Shown: positions 9,187 through 18,753, counted from the first letter of the stretch. The stretch is DNA of 64,000 nucleotides from Acidobacteriota bacterium (GCA_022828085.1 JAJEIY010000036.1:151783-215782); one strand, 5' to 3'. Notes: generated by a model not told the origin, from the letters alone. Made by a program: numbers and translations.

Positions 9187-10158
9187 TCACCTGCTGCTGC
9201 GGACCGCCTCCGTGACGAGCGGAATGACCTCCAGCGCGTCGCCGACGATGCCCACGTCGGCCGCGCCGAAGATGGGGGCGTCGGGGTCCTTGTTGATGGC
9301 CACCACGAAGCGGGAGCCGCGCATGCCCACGAGGTGCTGGATGGCGCCGGAGATGGCGCAGGCGACGTAGAGCTTCGGCGACACGGTGGCGCCGCTCGAG
9401 CCGATCTGGAGCTCGTGGGGAAGCCAGCCGGCGTCGGTCACCGCCCGGGAAGCCCCGACCACGCCGCCGAGCGCCGCCGCCAGTTCGCGCACGATGTCGA
9501 GGTTCTCGGGACCGCCGAGGCCGCGGCCGGCCGCCACCACCACGTCCGCCGCCGTCAGGTCCACCCCGCCGGCAGCCGAGTCCCGGATCTCGACGAGGCG
9601 GGAACGCAGGTCGTCCGGGCCCACGGGGGAGGGGAGGATGCGCACCGAGAGCGCCGGCCCCGGTTCCCGGGCCGGAAAGGCCCCGCGTTCCACCGTGACC
9701 ACCGCGGGAAGGCCGGGCGCCGCCACCTCCTGGACGAACTTGCCGAGAAAGGCGGAGCGCCTCGCAACGAGCCCGTCCTCGCGCCAGGAAAGCGCCGACA
9801 CGGCAGTGGCGGCGGCGGTCGAAAGCCGCGCCGCGACCAGCGGCGCCACGTCCCAGCCGACCGGGTCGTGGGGGAGGAGGACGCACTCGGCGCCGCTGGC
9901 CTCCCGGGCGTGCAGCACGGCGGCCGCGAAACCGTCCGCGGTCGGGGCCGCGAGCGCCGGCCCCTCCACCAGCAGGAGTTCTCCCGCCGACAGGACTTCG
10001 CGCAGCCCTTCGGCCTCGCTGGCGTCACCGACCGGAAGGACGGCGCTCACCCCGTCCGGCCCGCCGGCGAGTCGGGAGGCGGCCTCGAGCAGTTCGTAGC
10101 TGGCGTCCGTGATGCCGTTTTCGCTCCGCTCGGCGAGGATCAGGACCCGGCGGCTCAT
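9187..10158 (-). CDS. etfA: electron transfer flavoprotein alpha subunit
   Basis: [10 protein letters not shown]...; C-terminal FAD-binding domain motifs ([19 protein letters not shown]). ATG at 10158 overlaps the etfB stop (ATGA). The track's 510-aa ORF has a spurious N-terminal extension. Confidence 0.9.
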   Translation of the reverse strand: MSRRVLILAERSENGITDASYELLEAASRLAGGPDGVSAVLPVGDASEAEGLREVLSAGELLLVEGPALAAPTADGFAAAVLHAREASGAECVLLPHDPVGWDVAPLVAARLSTAAATAVSALSWREDGLVARRSAFLGKFVQEVAAPGLPAVVTVERGAFPAREPGPALSVRILPSPVGPDDLRSRLVEIRDSAAGGVDLTAADVVVAAGRGLGGPENLDIVRELAAALGGVVGASRAVTDAGWLPHELQIGSSGATVSPKLYVACAISGAIQHLVGMRGSRFVVAINKDPDAPIFGAADVGIVGDALEVIPLVTEAVRSSR

Positions 10159-10934
10159 GGTGCGTCTCCGGGAAAGGAGATTCCGGCGCCGGTCCGCATC
10201 CGGGGTACGAGCGCCGCCGCCGCCTCCTGGGGTGAACCCGGGAGGATCTCGGCGCTCGCGCCCCGCTCGGGCCTGCCGAGCGTCAGCCGGCGGAGCTCGC
10301 CGCCGTCCGCGGGAGCGGCGAGCTCCACGCGTTCCACCGGCTTGCGCCGCGAGGCCATGATGCCGCGGAGACTCGCGTAGCGCGGGGTATTGATGCCCGT
10401 CTGGACGGCCACCACCGCCGGCAGGCGCAGTTCCACGACGGCGATCCGGCCGCCTTCGAGTTCGCGGTGTACTTCGAGGCGCCCGTCCCGGAAATGCAGT
10501 CCGGTGGCGGCGGAAGCGAACGAGTAGCGGAGCAGGCCCGCCACCAGTCCCCCCACCTGCCCGTGGCCGCTGTCCTCGGCGAGGAGGCCGGCGGTCACCA
10601 CCCCGGCGTCGAGCCCGGATACGGCATCGGCGAGCGCCCGCGCCACGAAGAAGGGATCGGCGAGATGGGCGCGATCGGTGATCAGATGGACCCCGCGGTC
10701 CACTCCCATCGCCAGGCAACTGCGCAGCACCTGGCCGGCGTCGGCCGGGCCGGCGGTCACCGCCACGGTCTCCGCCGCGTGTCCCGCCTCCTTCAGCGCC
10801 AGCGCCGCCTCGACGGCGTAGCGGTCGTAGTCGTTGATGCCGTACCCGAGGCTGGATTCGTCGATCCAGTCGCCCGCCGGGCGAAAGGCGGAGTTCCGGT
10901 CGGGGACCTGCTTCACCAGCGCAACGGCATTCAT
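10155..10934 (-). CDS. etfB: electron transfer flavoprotein beta subunit
   Basis: MNAVALVKQVPD... typical EtfB N-terminus; 259 aa. Confidence 0.9.
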   Translation of the reverse strand: MNAVALVKQVPDRNSAFRPAGDWIDESSLGYGINDYDRYAVEAALALKEAGHAAETVAVTAGPADAGQVLRSCLAMGVDRGVHLITDRAHLADPFFVARALADAVSGLDAGVVTAGLLAEDSGHGQVGGLVAGLLRYSFASAATGLHFRDGRLEVHRELEGGRIAVVELRLPAVVAVQTGINTPRYASLRGIMASRRKPVERVELAAPADGGELRRLTLGRPERGASAEILPGSPQEAAAALVPRMRTGAGISFPGDAP

Positions 10935-10943
10935 TTGAAATCG

Positions 10944-11570
10944 ATGCGTATGATCGCCGCGCTAGCGTCCGGGGGCAAGGTGAGCGGCAAAGTACCGAGA
11001 GGGGCCTTCGTGGTGGGGGGAATCCTTGCGCTCGCGACCGCGCTCGGTCTGCTCGCGGTCGCCGGGAAACCGACCGCGGTCCGGCGGCCGGACCCGGTGG
11101 ACCGGCCGGTACTGCTGATCCCGGACTTCGACAACCGCACCGGCCGCGGGGAGTTTGCCCCCCTCGCGCAAGAACTCACCGAGGCAGTGCGGGCGCGCCT
11201 CGGGGAGGATCCGGACGGCATCTTCGAACTGTCGCCGCGGCGGCTCCGTCCTGCGTTCGGGCCGCGGGAGCGCGAGGAGGGGCTTGTCGGCATCGCCGGC
11301 CGGCTGGGCGCCGACTACGTCCTGGCGGGAAGCCTGGAGTCGGGGCCGGGCGGGGACCTGGCCCCCGGGTCCTCCTGGGAACCTCCGTCCGGCGCCGGCG
11401 AGGGTGACGCCCGAATCCGGCTGGACGTCCTCCTGGTGCGGGATTCCGACCCGCCGTACGTGTTCGCGGAGCGGTTCCCGCTGGGCATTCCAGACGCGGG
11501 CGGCGCCGAGGGGAACGAACTTGCGGATTGGGTTGCGGAGCGCATCGCGCTCTCGCTGATCCGGCCCTGA
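10944..11570 (+). CDS. hypothetical membrane-anchored periplasmic protein (one N-terminal TM; TolB-N/LpoB-like pattern)
   Basis: MRMIAALASGG...; a single TM (FVVGGILALATALGLLAV) then a soluble domain (VLLIPDFDNRTG...LGADYVLAGSLE). This is the 3' part of track ORF 10467-11570, whose 5' part is antisense to etfB. Confidence 0.5.
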   Translation: MRMIAALASGGKVSGKVPRGAFVVGGILALATALGLLAVAGKPTAVRRPDPVDRPVLLIPDFDNRTGRGEFAPLAQELTEAVRARLGEDPDGIFELSPRRLRPAFGPREREEGLVGIAGRLGADYVLAGSLESGPGGDLAPGSSWEPPSGAGEGDARIRLDVLLVRDSDPPYVFAERFPLGIPDAGGAEGNELADWVAERIALSLIRP

Positions 11571-11620
11571 GGTCGCTCCGGCACCGGCAGTGCGGTCCGA
11601 AAACCGCGCGGCCGCCGGGC

Positions 11621-12034
11621 TCAGCCCGTGTGGATCACGAGCGGAACGCCGGTGAGCCCCAGGTGACGATCCGTGGACCAACACCGCTGGATCTTGCGAT
11701 CGGCCATTACCTGAAGCCCTACCGCGTCCGCGAGCGTCAGGTCCTGATCCCGCAACCGGCGAAGTACGGCGCCGCCGTTCTCGATCTCGGCAGCGCCCAC
11801 CGAAAGGATCTGGAGAGGCTCCATCGTGTCGACCATGGCAAGGAATTGCAGCGCTCTGGTGCGGTCGTAGCGGCGTAGGAGCCAGCCGTGGCCTTCTGCG
11901 ACCACGAGGCTCGACGTCAGGAGTCGGGGCGGGCTGGCGAACAGACGGCGGAAGAGGGGATGCCACGTATCGGAGCGGTCGACGAACGCGATGAAGGCCG
12001 ACGTATCCACATAGGCGTCAGCGCCGGCGGCCAT
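11621..12034 (-). CDS. vapC: PIN-domain ribonuclease toxin VapC
   Basis: 137 aa. VDTSAFIAFVDRSD is the N-terminal acidic PIN motif, with further conserved D/E residues downstream. Overlaps the upstream antitoxin gene by 17 nt. Confidence 0.8.
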   Translation of the reverse strand: MAAGADAYVDTSAFIAFVDRSDTWHPLFRRLFASPPRLLTSSLVVAEGHGWLLRRYDRTRALQFLAMVDTMEPLQILSVGAAEIENGGAVLRRLRDQDLTLADAVGLQVMADRKIQRCWSTDRHLGLTGVPLVIHTG

Positions 12035-12242
12035 ATACGACCTCGTCGATCTGCGAGCTCGAATGAGGATCGCCGGTCTCGACCATGCCGGCGTAGCGCA
12101 TCCACGGCTTCGATTCGTCGCTCGGGACGACCGCGCGCAACGATCGTCGCAGCAGCTCGGCCAGGGAAATCCCGAGCTGCGCCGCTTCGCGTTTGGCGGC
12201 TCGGTACTCCGCGTCCGAAAGGCTGATCTGCGTCCGAATCAT
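12018..12242 (-). CDS. vapB: type II antitoxin VapB-like (small DNA-binding protein)
   Basis: 74 aa, MIRTQISLSDAEYRAAKREAAQLGISLAELLRRSL... Small and basic, immediately upstream of and overlapping vapC. Confidence 0.65.
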   Translation of the reverse strand: MIRTQISLSDAEYRAAKREAAQLGISLAELLRRSLRAVVPSDESKPWMRYAGMVETGDPHSSSQIDEVVYGRRR

Positions 12243-12402
12243 GATGGCAGTCTACAACAGAGTGTTATCATCTCCGGTCAGCGGCGATCCGGTCCGTCAT
12301 CGGCCCGAATGGGGCCGGGGGCGGCCGCCACCGTGCCTGGCCGGCCGCGGTCCTGTCTTCTTGCCGATGTCTTCGGTGAGCGCGCTACCGCGCCCGGGCC
12401 GC

Positions 12403-13662
12403 CTACCGCAGCCGGATGGCGTCCCAGGCGTCCCAGGCGGAGGTGTCCGAGAGGATGATCTCGTCGCCCTCGGCGAGCCCGGCCAGCACCTCGATGCGGT
12501 TCACGGAGCCCCGGCCAAGTTCGACCGGCACCCGCTCCGCGGTCTCGCCGTCGGGCGCGATCCGGAAGAGGCCGACGGTGCTCCCCGGCTGGCCATACGC
12601 CGGCCGGCCGACGTGGAGCGTGTCCGGGATCCGGTCGAGTTCGATCGTGCCGTCCACCGAGAGATCCGGCCGGGCGCCGCGGGGCAGCTCGCCGGCGATC
12701 CGGATGTCCACGGCCACCGTTCCCTCGCGCACCGCGGGGTCCACGCGGGAGACGACGCCTTCCACGACCCCGTTCCGGGTGTCCACGAGCGCCGGCTGGC
12801 CGGGTTCGACGTCGCGCGCCTGCGTTTCGGCGATTCGCAGCACCGCCTTGAGTTCGCGCGGATCCGCCACCCGCGCGAGGTTCGCTCCGGGACTCACCTC
12901 CTGGCCGACCTCGACCGGCACTTCCAGGAGGGTCCCGGCGCGTCCGGCCCGGACCGTGAGGGCGGCGAGCTGCCGCCGGCGGAGTTCCAGGACCGCCCGG
13001 TAACGCGCGACGGTCGCTTCCTTGGAGGCGACCTGCGCTTCGCTCGAATCGGCCAGGATGGAGAGGCGCTCTTCCTCGAGGGCATGGCGGGTCTCCAGTT
13101 CCTCGGCGCTCACCTGGCTGCGCCGGTGGATCAGCTCCCCCACCAACCCGGCCTCGAAGAGCTTCCGGTCGGCATCGGCGCGGCGGCGCGCCTGGGACGA
13201 GGAAGCGGCGAGCTGGCCGGCCGCGTTCCGCTGCTCCAGCAGGTCGGAACGCGTCTGGTCGAGCAGGCGCCGGAGTTCCGCCTCCTCGGCGCGGAGCTGG
13301 AGTTCGGCCTCCCGGGTCTGCTGTTCGAGTTCGGGATTCGAGAGGACCAGCAGCACGGTGTCCTCCTCCACCGGGGTCCCGGGGAGCACGCGGCGTTCCT
13401 CGACCCGGCCGCGGGTCTCGGCGGCCAGCCAGCGGATCTGTTCGGGCGGGACCTGGAGGCTGCCCGGTCCCCGGACCTGCCGGACCAGCTCGCCGCGCTC
13501 GACCACGCCCGTCCAGACGACCGAGCGGTCCACTTCGGGCGCGCCGGGAGCGATGCTGCCGAGCAGCAGAAACACCGCCAGCAGCGCGGCGGCGCCGCCG
13601 CCAGCCAGAATCAGGCGCCGGACGCGGCGTTTCCGCTGCCGGTCGGCGATCTGGAAGTCCAC
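12403..13662 (-). CDS. HlyD/EmrA-family membrane fusion protein (periplasmic adaptor subunit)
   Basis: About 419 aa. N-terminal TM (LILAGGGAAALLAVFLLLGSIA), a very long coiled-coil hairpin (NPELEQQTREAELQLRAEEAELRRLL...), then barrel-sandwich and beta-barrel regions. Probable GTG start at 13662, 20 nt downstream of the dctQM stop. It is the 3' portion of a spurious 990-aa ORF. Confidence 0.8.
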   Translation of the reverse strand: MDFQIADRQRKRRVRRLILAGGGAAALLAVFLLLGSIAPGAPEVDRSVVWTGVVERGELVRQVRGPGSLQVPPEQIRWLAAETRGRVEERRVLPGTPVEEDTVLLVLSNPELEQQTREAELQLRAEEAELRRLLDQTRSDLLEQRNAAGQLAASSSQARRRADADRKLFEAGLVGELIHRRSQVSAEELETRHALEEERLSILADSSEAQVASKEATVARYRAVLELRRRQLAALTVRAGRAGTLLEVPVEVGQEVSPGANLARVADPRELKAVLRIAETQARDVEPGQPALVDTRNGVVEGVVSRVDPAVREGTVAVDIRIAGELPRGARPDLSVDGTIELDRIPDTLHVGRPAYGQPGSTVGLFRIAPDGETAERVPVELGRGSVNRIEVLAGLAEGDEIILSDTSAWDAWDAIRLR

Positions 13663-13682
13663 TCCGCCTCCGCCGTCTTCCC

Positions 13683-15569
13683 CTAGTCGAAGAAGAGTCC
13701 CGGCAGCGCCAGGGTCAGGTACGGGATGTAGGTCACGAGCAGCACCGCGCCCGCCCGGATCAGCAGGAACGGCACCGACGCGCGATAGACCTCGCCGAGC
13801 GGCCGCTTGAACCGGTAGGAGGCGAGGAACAGGTTCATGCCCACCGGCGGGGTCAGGTAGCCGAGCTCGAGGTTCGTGAGGAAGATGACTCCGAGGTGCA
13901 GGGGATCGATGCCGAAGGCGAGTCCGAGCGGCGCGACCAGGGGCACCACGACCACGATGGCCGAGTAGATGTCCATCAGGCAGCCGACGATCAGCAGGAA
14001 GATGTTCAGCAGCAACAGGAAGAAGAGCGGGGAGGCCACGAACGACTGCACCCAGTCGATCGCCATCCCCGGGATGTCGGCGAAGATCAGGTAGTTCGTG
14101 AGCCCGAGGGCGGCGCCGAGGATGAGCAGCACGCCGCCGATCAGGGTCACCGCGTTGGCCCCGGTGCGGACCAGGTCCGAGAACGTCTTCCCCTCGCGGT
14201 GGATCACGAACTCGATGAACAGGGCGTAGAGGACGGTGATCGCGGCGGCCTCCACGAGCGTCGCGATGCCGCCGAGCATCACGCCGATGACCACGAAGGG
14301 GATGGACGCCTCCCACTTCGCGGTCCACAGCGCCCGCGCCGCTTCCCCGATCCGGAACGACGAGGTACCTCCCGTGAAGCGTTGGCCCGCGAAGCGCCGG
14401 GTCACCAGGATGGTGAACCCGGCCACCAGCACGATCTGGAGGGCCGAGGGGATCAGTCCGGCCACGAACAGCCGCGGGATGTCCACCTCGGCGACGATCG
14501 CGTAGAGGATGACGGCGACCGAGGGGGGAATGAGGAGGCCGAGCGAGCCCGCCGCGGTCAGGAGCCCGGTCGCGAACCTGGGGCGGTGGCCGTCGGCGAG
14601 CAGCAGGGGGAACATCAGGCCGCCCATCGCCAGGATGGTGACGCCGCTGCCCCCGGTGAAACAGGTGAAGAACGCGGACATCACGATCGCCACCACCGCC
14701 ACCCCGCCCGGCATCCAGCCGAAGACGCCGCGGAAGAGCACCACGAGGCGCTTGGGCGCGCCGCCCTCCGCGAGGATGTAGCCCGCGAGGGTGAAGAGCG
14801 GAATCGTCGGCAGCATGGGCTTCGTGACCATGCTGTAGGCCTCGGCGGGAATCGCCGCGACCGGGTCCCAGTTGCTCCACAGCAGCACCGCGGCAGCGCC
14901 GCCGAGCGCCACGAAGATCGGCGCCCCGAACGCCGCGGCGATCAGGATGAGGGCGAGCAGCGGCCATTCGATGCCGTATCCGGTGAGGTCCCACCCGGTG
15001 AGCCCCTCGTGGAGCAGCAGGGGAACCGCGAGGCCGAGGACCGCGGTCCAGCGGCCCCAGGCGGTCGGGACCCGCCGCCAGAGCCGCCAGGCGATCAGCA
15101 GGAAGCCGACCGGCATGACGGCCACGGCGGCCCAGACCGGGACGCCGAGCGCCAGTTCCCGGCCGCCCTCCCACTCGGCCCGGGTGAGCACCACGCTGGC
15201 GTAGGAGAGCGTGACCGACACCACGACCCCGACCGCGCCCGACAGCGACAGGAGGCGCGGCCTCCAGACCTCGGACACCATGCTCGGGCCGGCGCTCAGC
15301 GAGAGCAGCTCGCCCCGGCGGGACGCCACCGCCGCCCCCAGGAAGGCGACCCAGAGCGTCAGGTGCTGCACCCACATGAACGAGCCCGGGATGCCCGTCG
15401 GATAGACCGGACGGATGAGCGCCTCGGTGATCGGGATCGCCGCCATGAGGACGAGCGCGCCGACGGAGGTCGCGTCCTCGAAGACCGCGAGGCGGCTCCG
15501 GGGCGGAGCGGCTGGCTCCGGGGTCGCGGCGGTCCCGTCCGGGAGGGCCCCTGCGGCGTCCGGACTCAT
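13683..15569 (-). CDS. dctQM: TRAP transporter fused permease (DctQ-DctM fusion, 4TM+12TM)
   Basis: 628 aa, highly hydrophobic. Matches the fused small/large TRAP permease family. Confidence 0.9.
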   Translation of the reverse strand: MSPDAAGALPDGTAATPEPAAPPRSRLAVFEDATSVGALVLMAAIPITEALIRPVYPTGIPGSFMWVQHLTLWVAFLGAAVASRRGELLSLSAGPSMVSEVWRPRLLSLSGAVGVVVSVTLSYASVVLTRAEWEGGRELALGVPVWAAVAVMPVGFLLIAWRLWRRVPTAWGRWTAVLGLAVPLLLHEGLTGWDLTGYGIEWPLLALILIAAAFGAPIFVALGGAAAVLLWSNWDPVAAIPAEAYSMVTKPMLPTIPLFTLAGYILAEGGAPKRLVVLFRGVFGWMPGGVAVVAIVMSAFFTCFTGGSGVTILAMGGLMFPLLLADGHRPRFATGLLTAAGSLGLLIPPSVAVILYAIVAEVDIPRLFVAGLIPSALQIVLVAGFTILVTRRFAGQRFTGGTSSFRIGEAARALWTAKWEASIPFVVIGVMLGGIATLVEAAAITVLYALFIEFVIHREGKTFSDLVRTGANAVTLIGGVLLILGAALGLTNYLIFADIPGMAIDWVQSFVASPLFFLLLLNIFLLIVGCLMDIYSAIVVVVPLVAPLGLAFGIDPLHLGVIFLTNLELGYLTPPVGMNLFLASYRFKRPLGEVYRASVPFLLIRAGAVLLVTYIPYLTLALPGLFFD

Positions 15570-15610
15570 GGTTCCCCGGGGCGGATTGCGCGGGTCAGTC
15601 CGCGGCGGGG

Positions 15611-16636
15611 CTACTCATTGGCGGCCCGGTACTCGTCGCGCAGCCGGATCATGCGGTCGAACACCGGAGGGGAGACGAGCTGCTCCCGGACCAGCGGGAA
15701 GAGCTTCTCCGCGGTCTCCATCCAGGCGCTTTCGAACGCGGAGGAGGCCTCGATCACCTCGAGACCCCGCGACTTCATCGCCGCGAGCGACTTCCGCTCC
15801 TGCTCGCGGTTGGTCTCGCGGAACGATTCCGCCGCCTCGTTGCTCTTGCGGAGCACCACCTCCTGCTGGGACGGGTCGAGCCGTTCCCAACCCTGCTCGT
15901 GCACGATGATGGCGCCCTGCAGCGGCGCCCAGGGGAGGTCGTTCATGAACTTGGCCGAGCGGTAGATCTGGGACCCCTCCGCGAGCACGATCGGCAGCGG
16001 GACGGCCTCGATGAGTCCGGTCTGGAAGCCGCTCACCAGCTCGACCGAACTGATCTGGACCGGGTCGAAGCCCGACCAGCGCAGGAGATCGAGGACCGTC
16101 TGGTCGTTCGAGGCGCCCGCCAGCTTCAGCGCCTGCAGGTCTTCGAGGGTGTTGACGGGGTCGCTCGCGAAGAAGTGGAGCCAGCCCACGTCGGCCCAGG
16201 CGATGACCTGGAACCCGTGCCCGCTCAGCGTTTCGGCGATCGCCGGGTTCATGGCCTCCCGGACGTGGTCCCATTCGGGGTAGTCGCGGAACACCATCGG
16301 GATGGAGAGCGTCCAGGCGCTCGGGTCCAGTTCGGCGAGTCCCACGTTGGAGACCGCGGCCATCTGGACCTGGCCGAGCCGCATCTTGCTGATCATCGCG
16401 GTTTCGTCGCCGGCGGCGCCCCCGGCGATGATGCGGATCCGCACCTCGCCGCCGGTCTCGCGGCCGATCTCGGCGGCCATCTTGTCGAGGATCAGGTGGT
16501 AGGCGGACCCCCGGGGCGCGACGGTCGCGAGGCGCAGGTTGACCCGCGCCTCGGCGGCGGCCGCGGGCAGGACGAGGGCGAGAGCCACGAGCGCGACGCT
16601 CCGGCCAGCCGGAAGGAACTTTCTGACGTTCGGCAT
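15611..16636 (-). CDS. dctP: TRAP transporter substrate-binding protein, DctP family (TatP-like)
   Basis: 341 aa from MPNVRKFLPAGRSVALVALALVLPAAAAEA (signal peptide); DctP-type SBP fold motifs. The upstream part of the track's 496-aa ORF is spurious. Confidence 0.9.
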   Translation of the reverse strand: MPNVRKFLPAGRSVALVALALVLPAAAAEARVNLRLATVAPRGSAYHLILDKMAAEIGRETGGEVRIRIIAGGAAGDETAMISKMRLGQVQMAAVSNVGLAELDPSAWTLSIPMVFRDYPEWDHVREAMNPAIAETLSGHGFQVIAWADVGWLHFFASDPVNTLEDLQALKLAGASNDQTVLDLLRWSGFDPVQISSVELVSGFQTGLIEAVPLPIVLAEGSQIYRSAKFMNDLPWAPLQGAIIVHEQGWERLDPSQQEVVLRKSNEAAESFRETNREQERKSLAAMKSRGLEVIEASSAFESAWMETAEKLFPLVREQLVSPPVFDRMIRLRDEYRAANE

Positions 16637-16656
16637 AAGGGAATTCTCTGCTGTTT

Positions 16657-17598
16657 CTATGGGTTCTGCATGCCGTCGAGGAAATAGTCGTCGACGTTCC
16701 TGAGCAGCCACGCGGCCCGCTCCTGCGCCACCTGGTTCAGGAGACGCGCTCCCGGTTCGCTGTCGATGTCGAAATCGAGCGTCTGCCGCAACAGGGTCTC
16801 GAATTCCTCCCGGTTGCCGCTCGCGACCGATCCCGTCTCGGCCCAGGTGGACCAGAGCACCGGAGCCCGCGCCGGGCCGATCCCGAGCGCGTGCTCGTAG
16901 TACTCGCGTCCCTGGTCGATGGAGCCCCCGATCCGGGACACCTCGTAGATGCTGAGGTAGTCGTAGACCACCCCGTCGTCCACCGTGTCGTCGAGTTCGC
17001 GGGACCGGTTCAGCAGGGCGCCCATCAGGGAGAGGTCCGCGGTGGCCTCGGGATTGTCCGTATCCATCGCGATCCAGGCGCCGAGCGCGGTGCCTGTCCA
17101 CAGCGCCAGGGCGGCGTCGTCGACCTCCAGCTCGGCGGCGGCCGCCTCCGGGTCGCGGCGGAGGCGGGCTTCGATTCCGGGATGGTTCACTTCGAGACCC
17201 CGCATGCCGTAGCCCGTGGCGCGGCGGTAGAGCCGGGCGGCGCGCCGCCGCACGGCCTGCTTCTCCTCGAACTGGGTGAAGTCGAGATCGAAGAGGTCCG
17301 GCTCCACGAAGCCGTAGGCGAAGAGCAGGAAGCCCTTGGTCGCGCTCAACAGCATCTCCCGGTGCTCGGGGCTCGTCTCCAGCATCGTCTCCATGAGCCA
17401 GAGGTTGTTCGCGAGCGGCGCCTTGACGAGGTCGAGGTCATCGTCGGAACGGAGGACGGCCTCGCCCTCGGCGAGCAGTCCCGAAATCGAGTTCACCGCC
17501 ATGTTGGCGACGAGACTGCACCCCGGCAACCACGTCAGCGCGGCGAGAAGGCCGGCAGCCGGACCGAGCCGCATCCTCCCCGCTCCCACGGTCCTCAT
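16657..17598 (-). CDS. tatT: TRAP-transporter-associated TPR lipoprotein (TatT family)
   Basis: 313 aa; lipobox LTWLPGCS; helical TPR-like repeats. Its position immediately upstream of the dctP-dctQM genes matches TPAT (TPR-protein-associated TRAP transporter) organisation. Confidence 0.7.
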   Translation of the reverse strand: MRTVGAGRMRLGPAAGLLAALTWLPGCSLVANMAVNSISGLLAEGEAVLRSDDDLDLVKAPLANNLWLMETMLETSPEHREMLLSATKGFLLFAYGFVEPDLFDLDFTQFEEKQAVRRRAARLYRRATGYGMRGLEVNHPGIEARLRRDPEAAAAELEVDDAALALWTGTALGAWIAMDTDNPEATADLSLMGALLNRSRELDDTVDDGVVYDYLSIYEVSRIGGSIDQGREYYEHALGIGPARAPVLWSTWAETGSVASGNREEFETLLRQTLDFDIDSEPGARLLNQVAQERAAWLLRNVDDYFLDGMQNP

Positions 17599-17680
17599 GA
17601 CGGCGGAAGGTTACTCCGCGGGCGGGTTCCGTCCGGCACGCGGACGCCCGCGCCAGCGAGCGGGTAGCCTTGTTCGCCGC

Positions 17681-18238
17681 ATGCGTTCGAACCCTCCTCC
17701 TTCTCTTGTGCTTCTGGCCGGGTCCGCCCTGGTGTCGCTGGGGCTGACCGTGTCTCCCGCCGCGGGCGCCGCGGGGCCGGCGAACGTCAATTCTGCCTCC
17801 CCGCAGGCTTCCGCCGCCCCGGATCCCATCGTCGGCTCCTGGCGCCCGCGCGAGTACCGCCTCGCGGCCGGAGAGGCGCTTCCGGTGGACGGCCGGATCG
17901 TGTTCCTCGCCCGGAGCGACGACGGCAGGCGCGGCGAGTGGTCCGTGACCTTCTTCGTGACCGGCGCGGACGGCGCCGCGGTCCGCGGGTCGGCCGAGGG
18001 CGGGGAATGGTCGCGCGATGGAAGGTCTCTGGTGCTCACCCACCAGTACCACCTGTCGGCGGGGGACGCCGCCGGGCCGCTCGCGGCGGCCCCGCTCGCG
18101 ATGGCGATGCGTTCGGCCGAGGAAGCGGACACGAACCACCGCGAACCCTGCGAGGTCACGGTGGAGGGCGGCCTGCTGACGCTCTTCTTCCCGAGCGGCA
18201 ACTCGATGACCTTCGAGCGGGTCGAGGGGCTCCGCTAG
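17681..18238 (+). CDS. hypothetical secreted protein (lipocalin-like/DUF)
   Basis: MRSNPPPSLVLLAGSALVSLGLTVSPAAGAA signal; IVGSWRPREYRL... beta-rich. 36 nt upstream of iorA, so possibly co-transcribed. Confidence 0.5.
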   Translation: MRSNPPPSLVLLAGSALVSLGLTVSPAAGAAGPANVNSASPQASAAPDPIVGSWRPREYRLAAGEALPVDGRIVFLARSDDGRRGEWSVTFFVTGADGAAVRGSAEGGEWSRDGRSLVLTHQYHLSAGDAAGPLAAAPLAMAMRSAEEADTNHREPCEVTVEGGLLTLFFPSGNSMTFERVEGLR

Positions 18239-18273
18239 CCAGTAACATCTTCCGCACGGCAGGGGAACCATCG

Positions 18274-18753
18274 ATGCAAGAGACCACGCTCACGGTCAAC
18301 GGCAAGACCCACACGGTCGACGTCGATCCGGCGACGCCGCTGCTCTACGTCCTCCGGAACGATCTGGGGCTGCGGGGGCCGCGCTTCGGCTGCGGCCTCG
18401 CCCAGTGCGGGACGTGCACGGTGCTGATGGACGGGCGCCCGATCCGTTCGTGCATCCTGCCGGTCTCCCGGACCCGGGGCGAGATCACGACCCTGGAGGG
18501 ACTGCCCGAGGACGGAAAGCTGCACCCCGTGCAGCAGGCCTGGATCGACGAGCAGGTGCCGCAGTGCGGGTTCTGCCAGAACGGCCAGATCCTCACCGCC
18601 GCGGCGCTGCTCGACACCAACCCGAACCCGTCCGACGACGAGATCCGCCGGGGCATGAACCCGATCCTCTGCCGCTGCATGACCTACTTCCGGATCCAGT
18701 CGGCGGTGAAGCGCGCCGCGGCCGCCATGGCCGAGACCGAGGCGGACCGATGA
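18274..18753 (+). CDS. iorA: (2Fe-2S)-binding small subunit of molybdenum hydroxylase (isoquinoline 1-oxidoreductase/aldehyde dehydrogenase alpha subunit)
   Basis: 159 aa; two [2Fe-2S] motifs, CGLAQCGTCTV and CGFCQNGQILTA...CRCMTY. Confidence 0.9.
   Translation: MQETTLTVNGKTHTVDVDPATPLLYVLRNDLGLRGPRFGCGLAQCGTCTVLMDGRPIRSCILPVSRTRGEITTLEGLPEDGKLHPVQQAWIDEQVPQCGFCQNGQILTAAALLDTNPNPSDDEIRRGMNPILCRCMTYFRIQSAVKRAAAAMAETEADR

Noticed and set aside
9187-10719. 510-aa version of etfA
   Set aside because: The first 186 codons are antisense/out-of-frame overlap with etfB (R/G/P-rich). The conserved EtfA N-terminus begins at [10 protein letters not shown] (10158) with an ATGA overlap to the etfB stop.
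12403-15375. 990-aa minus-strand ORF
   Set aside because: It is a frame artefact. Only the 3' ~419 codons (HlyD) are real. Upstream it overlaps the genuine DctQM frame (13683..15569), which is hydrophobic and family-matching, while this frame is R/G/H/P-rich.
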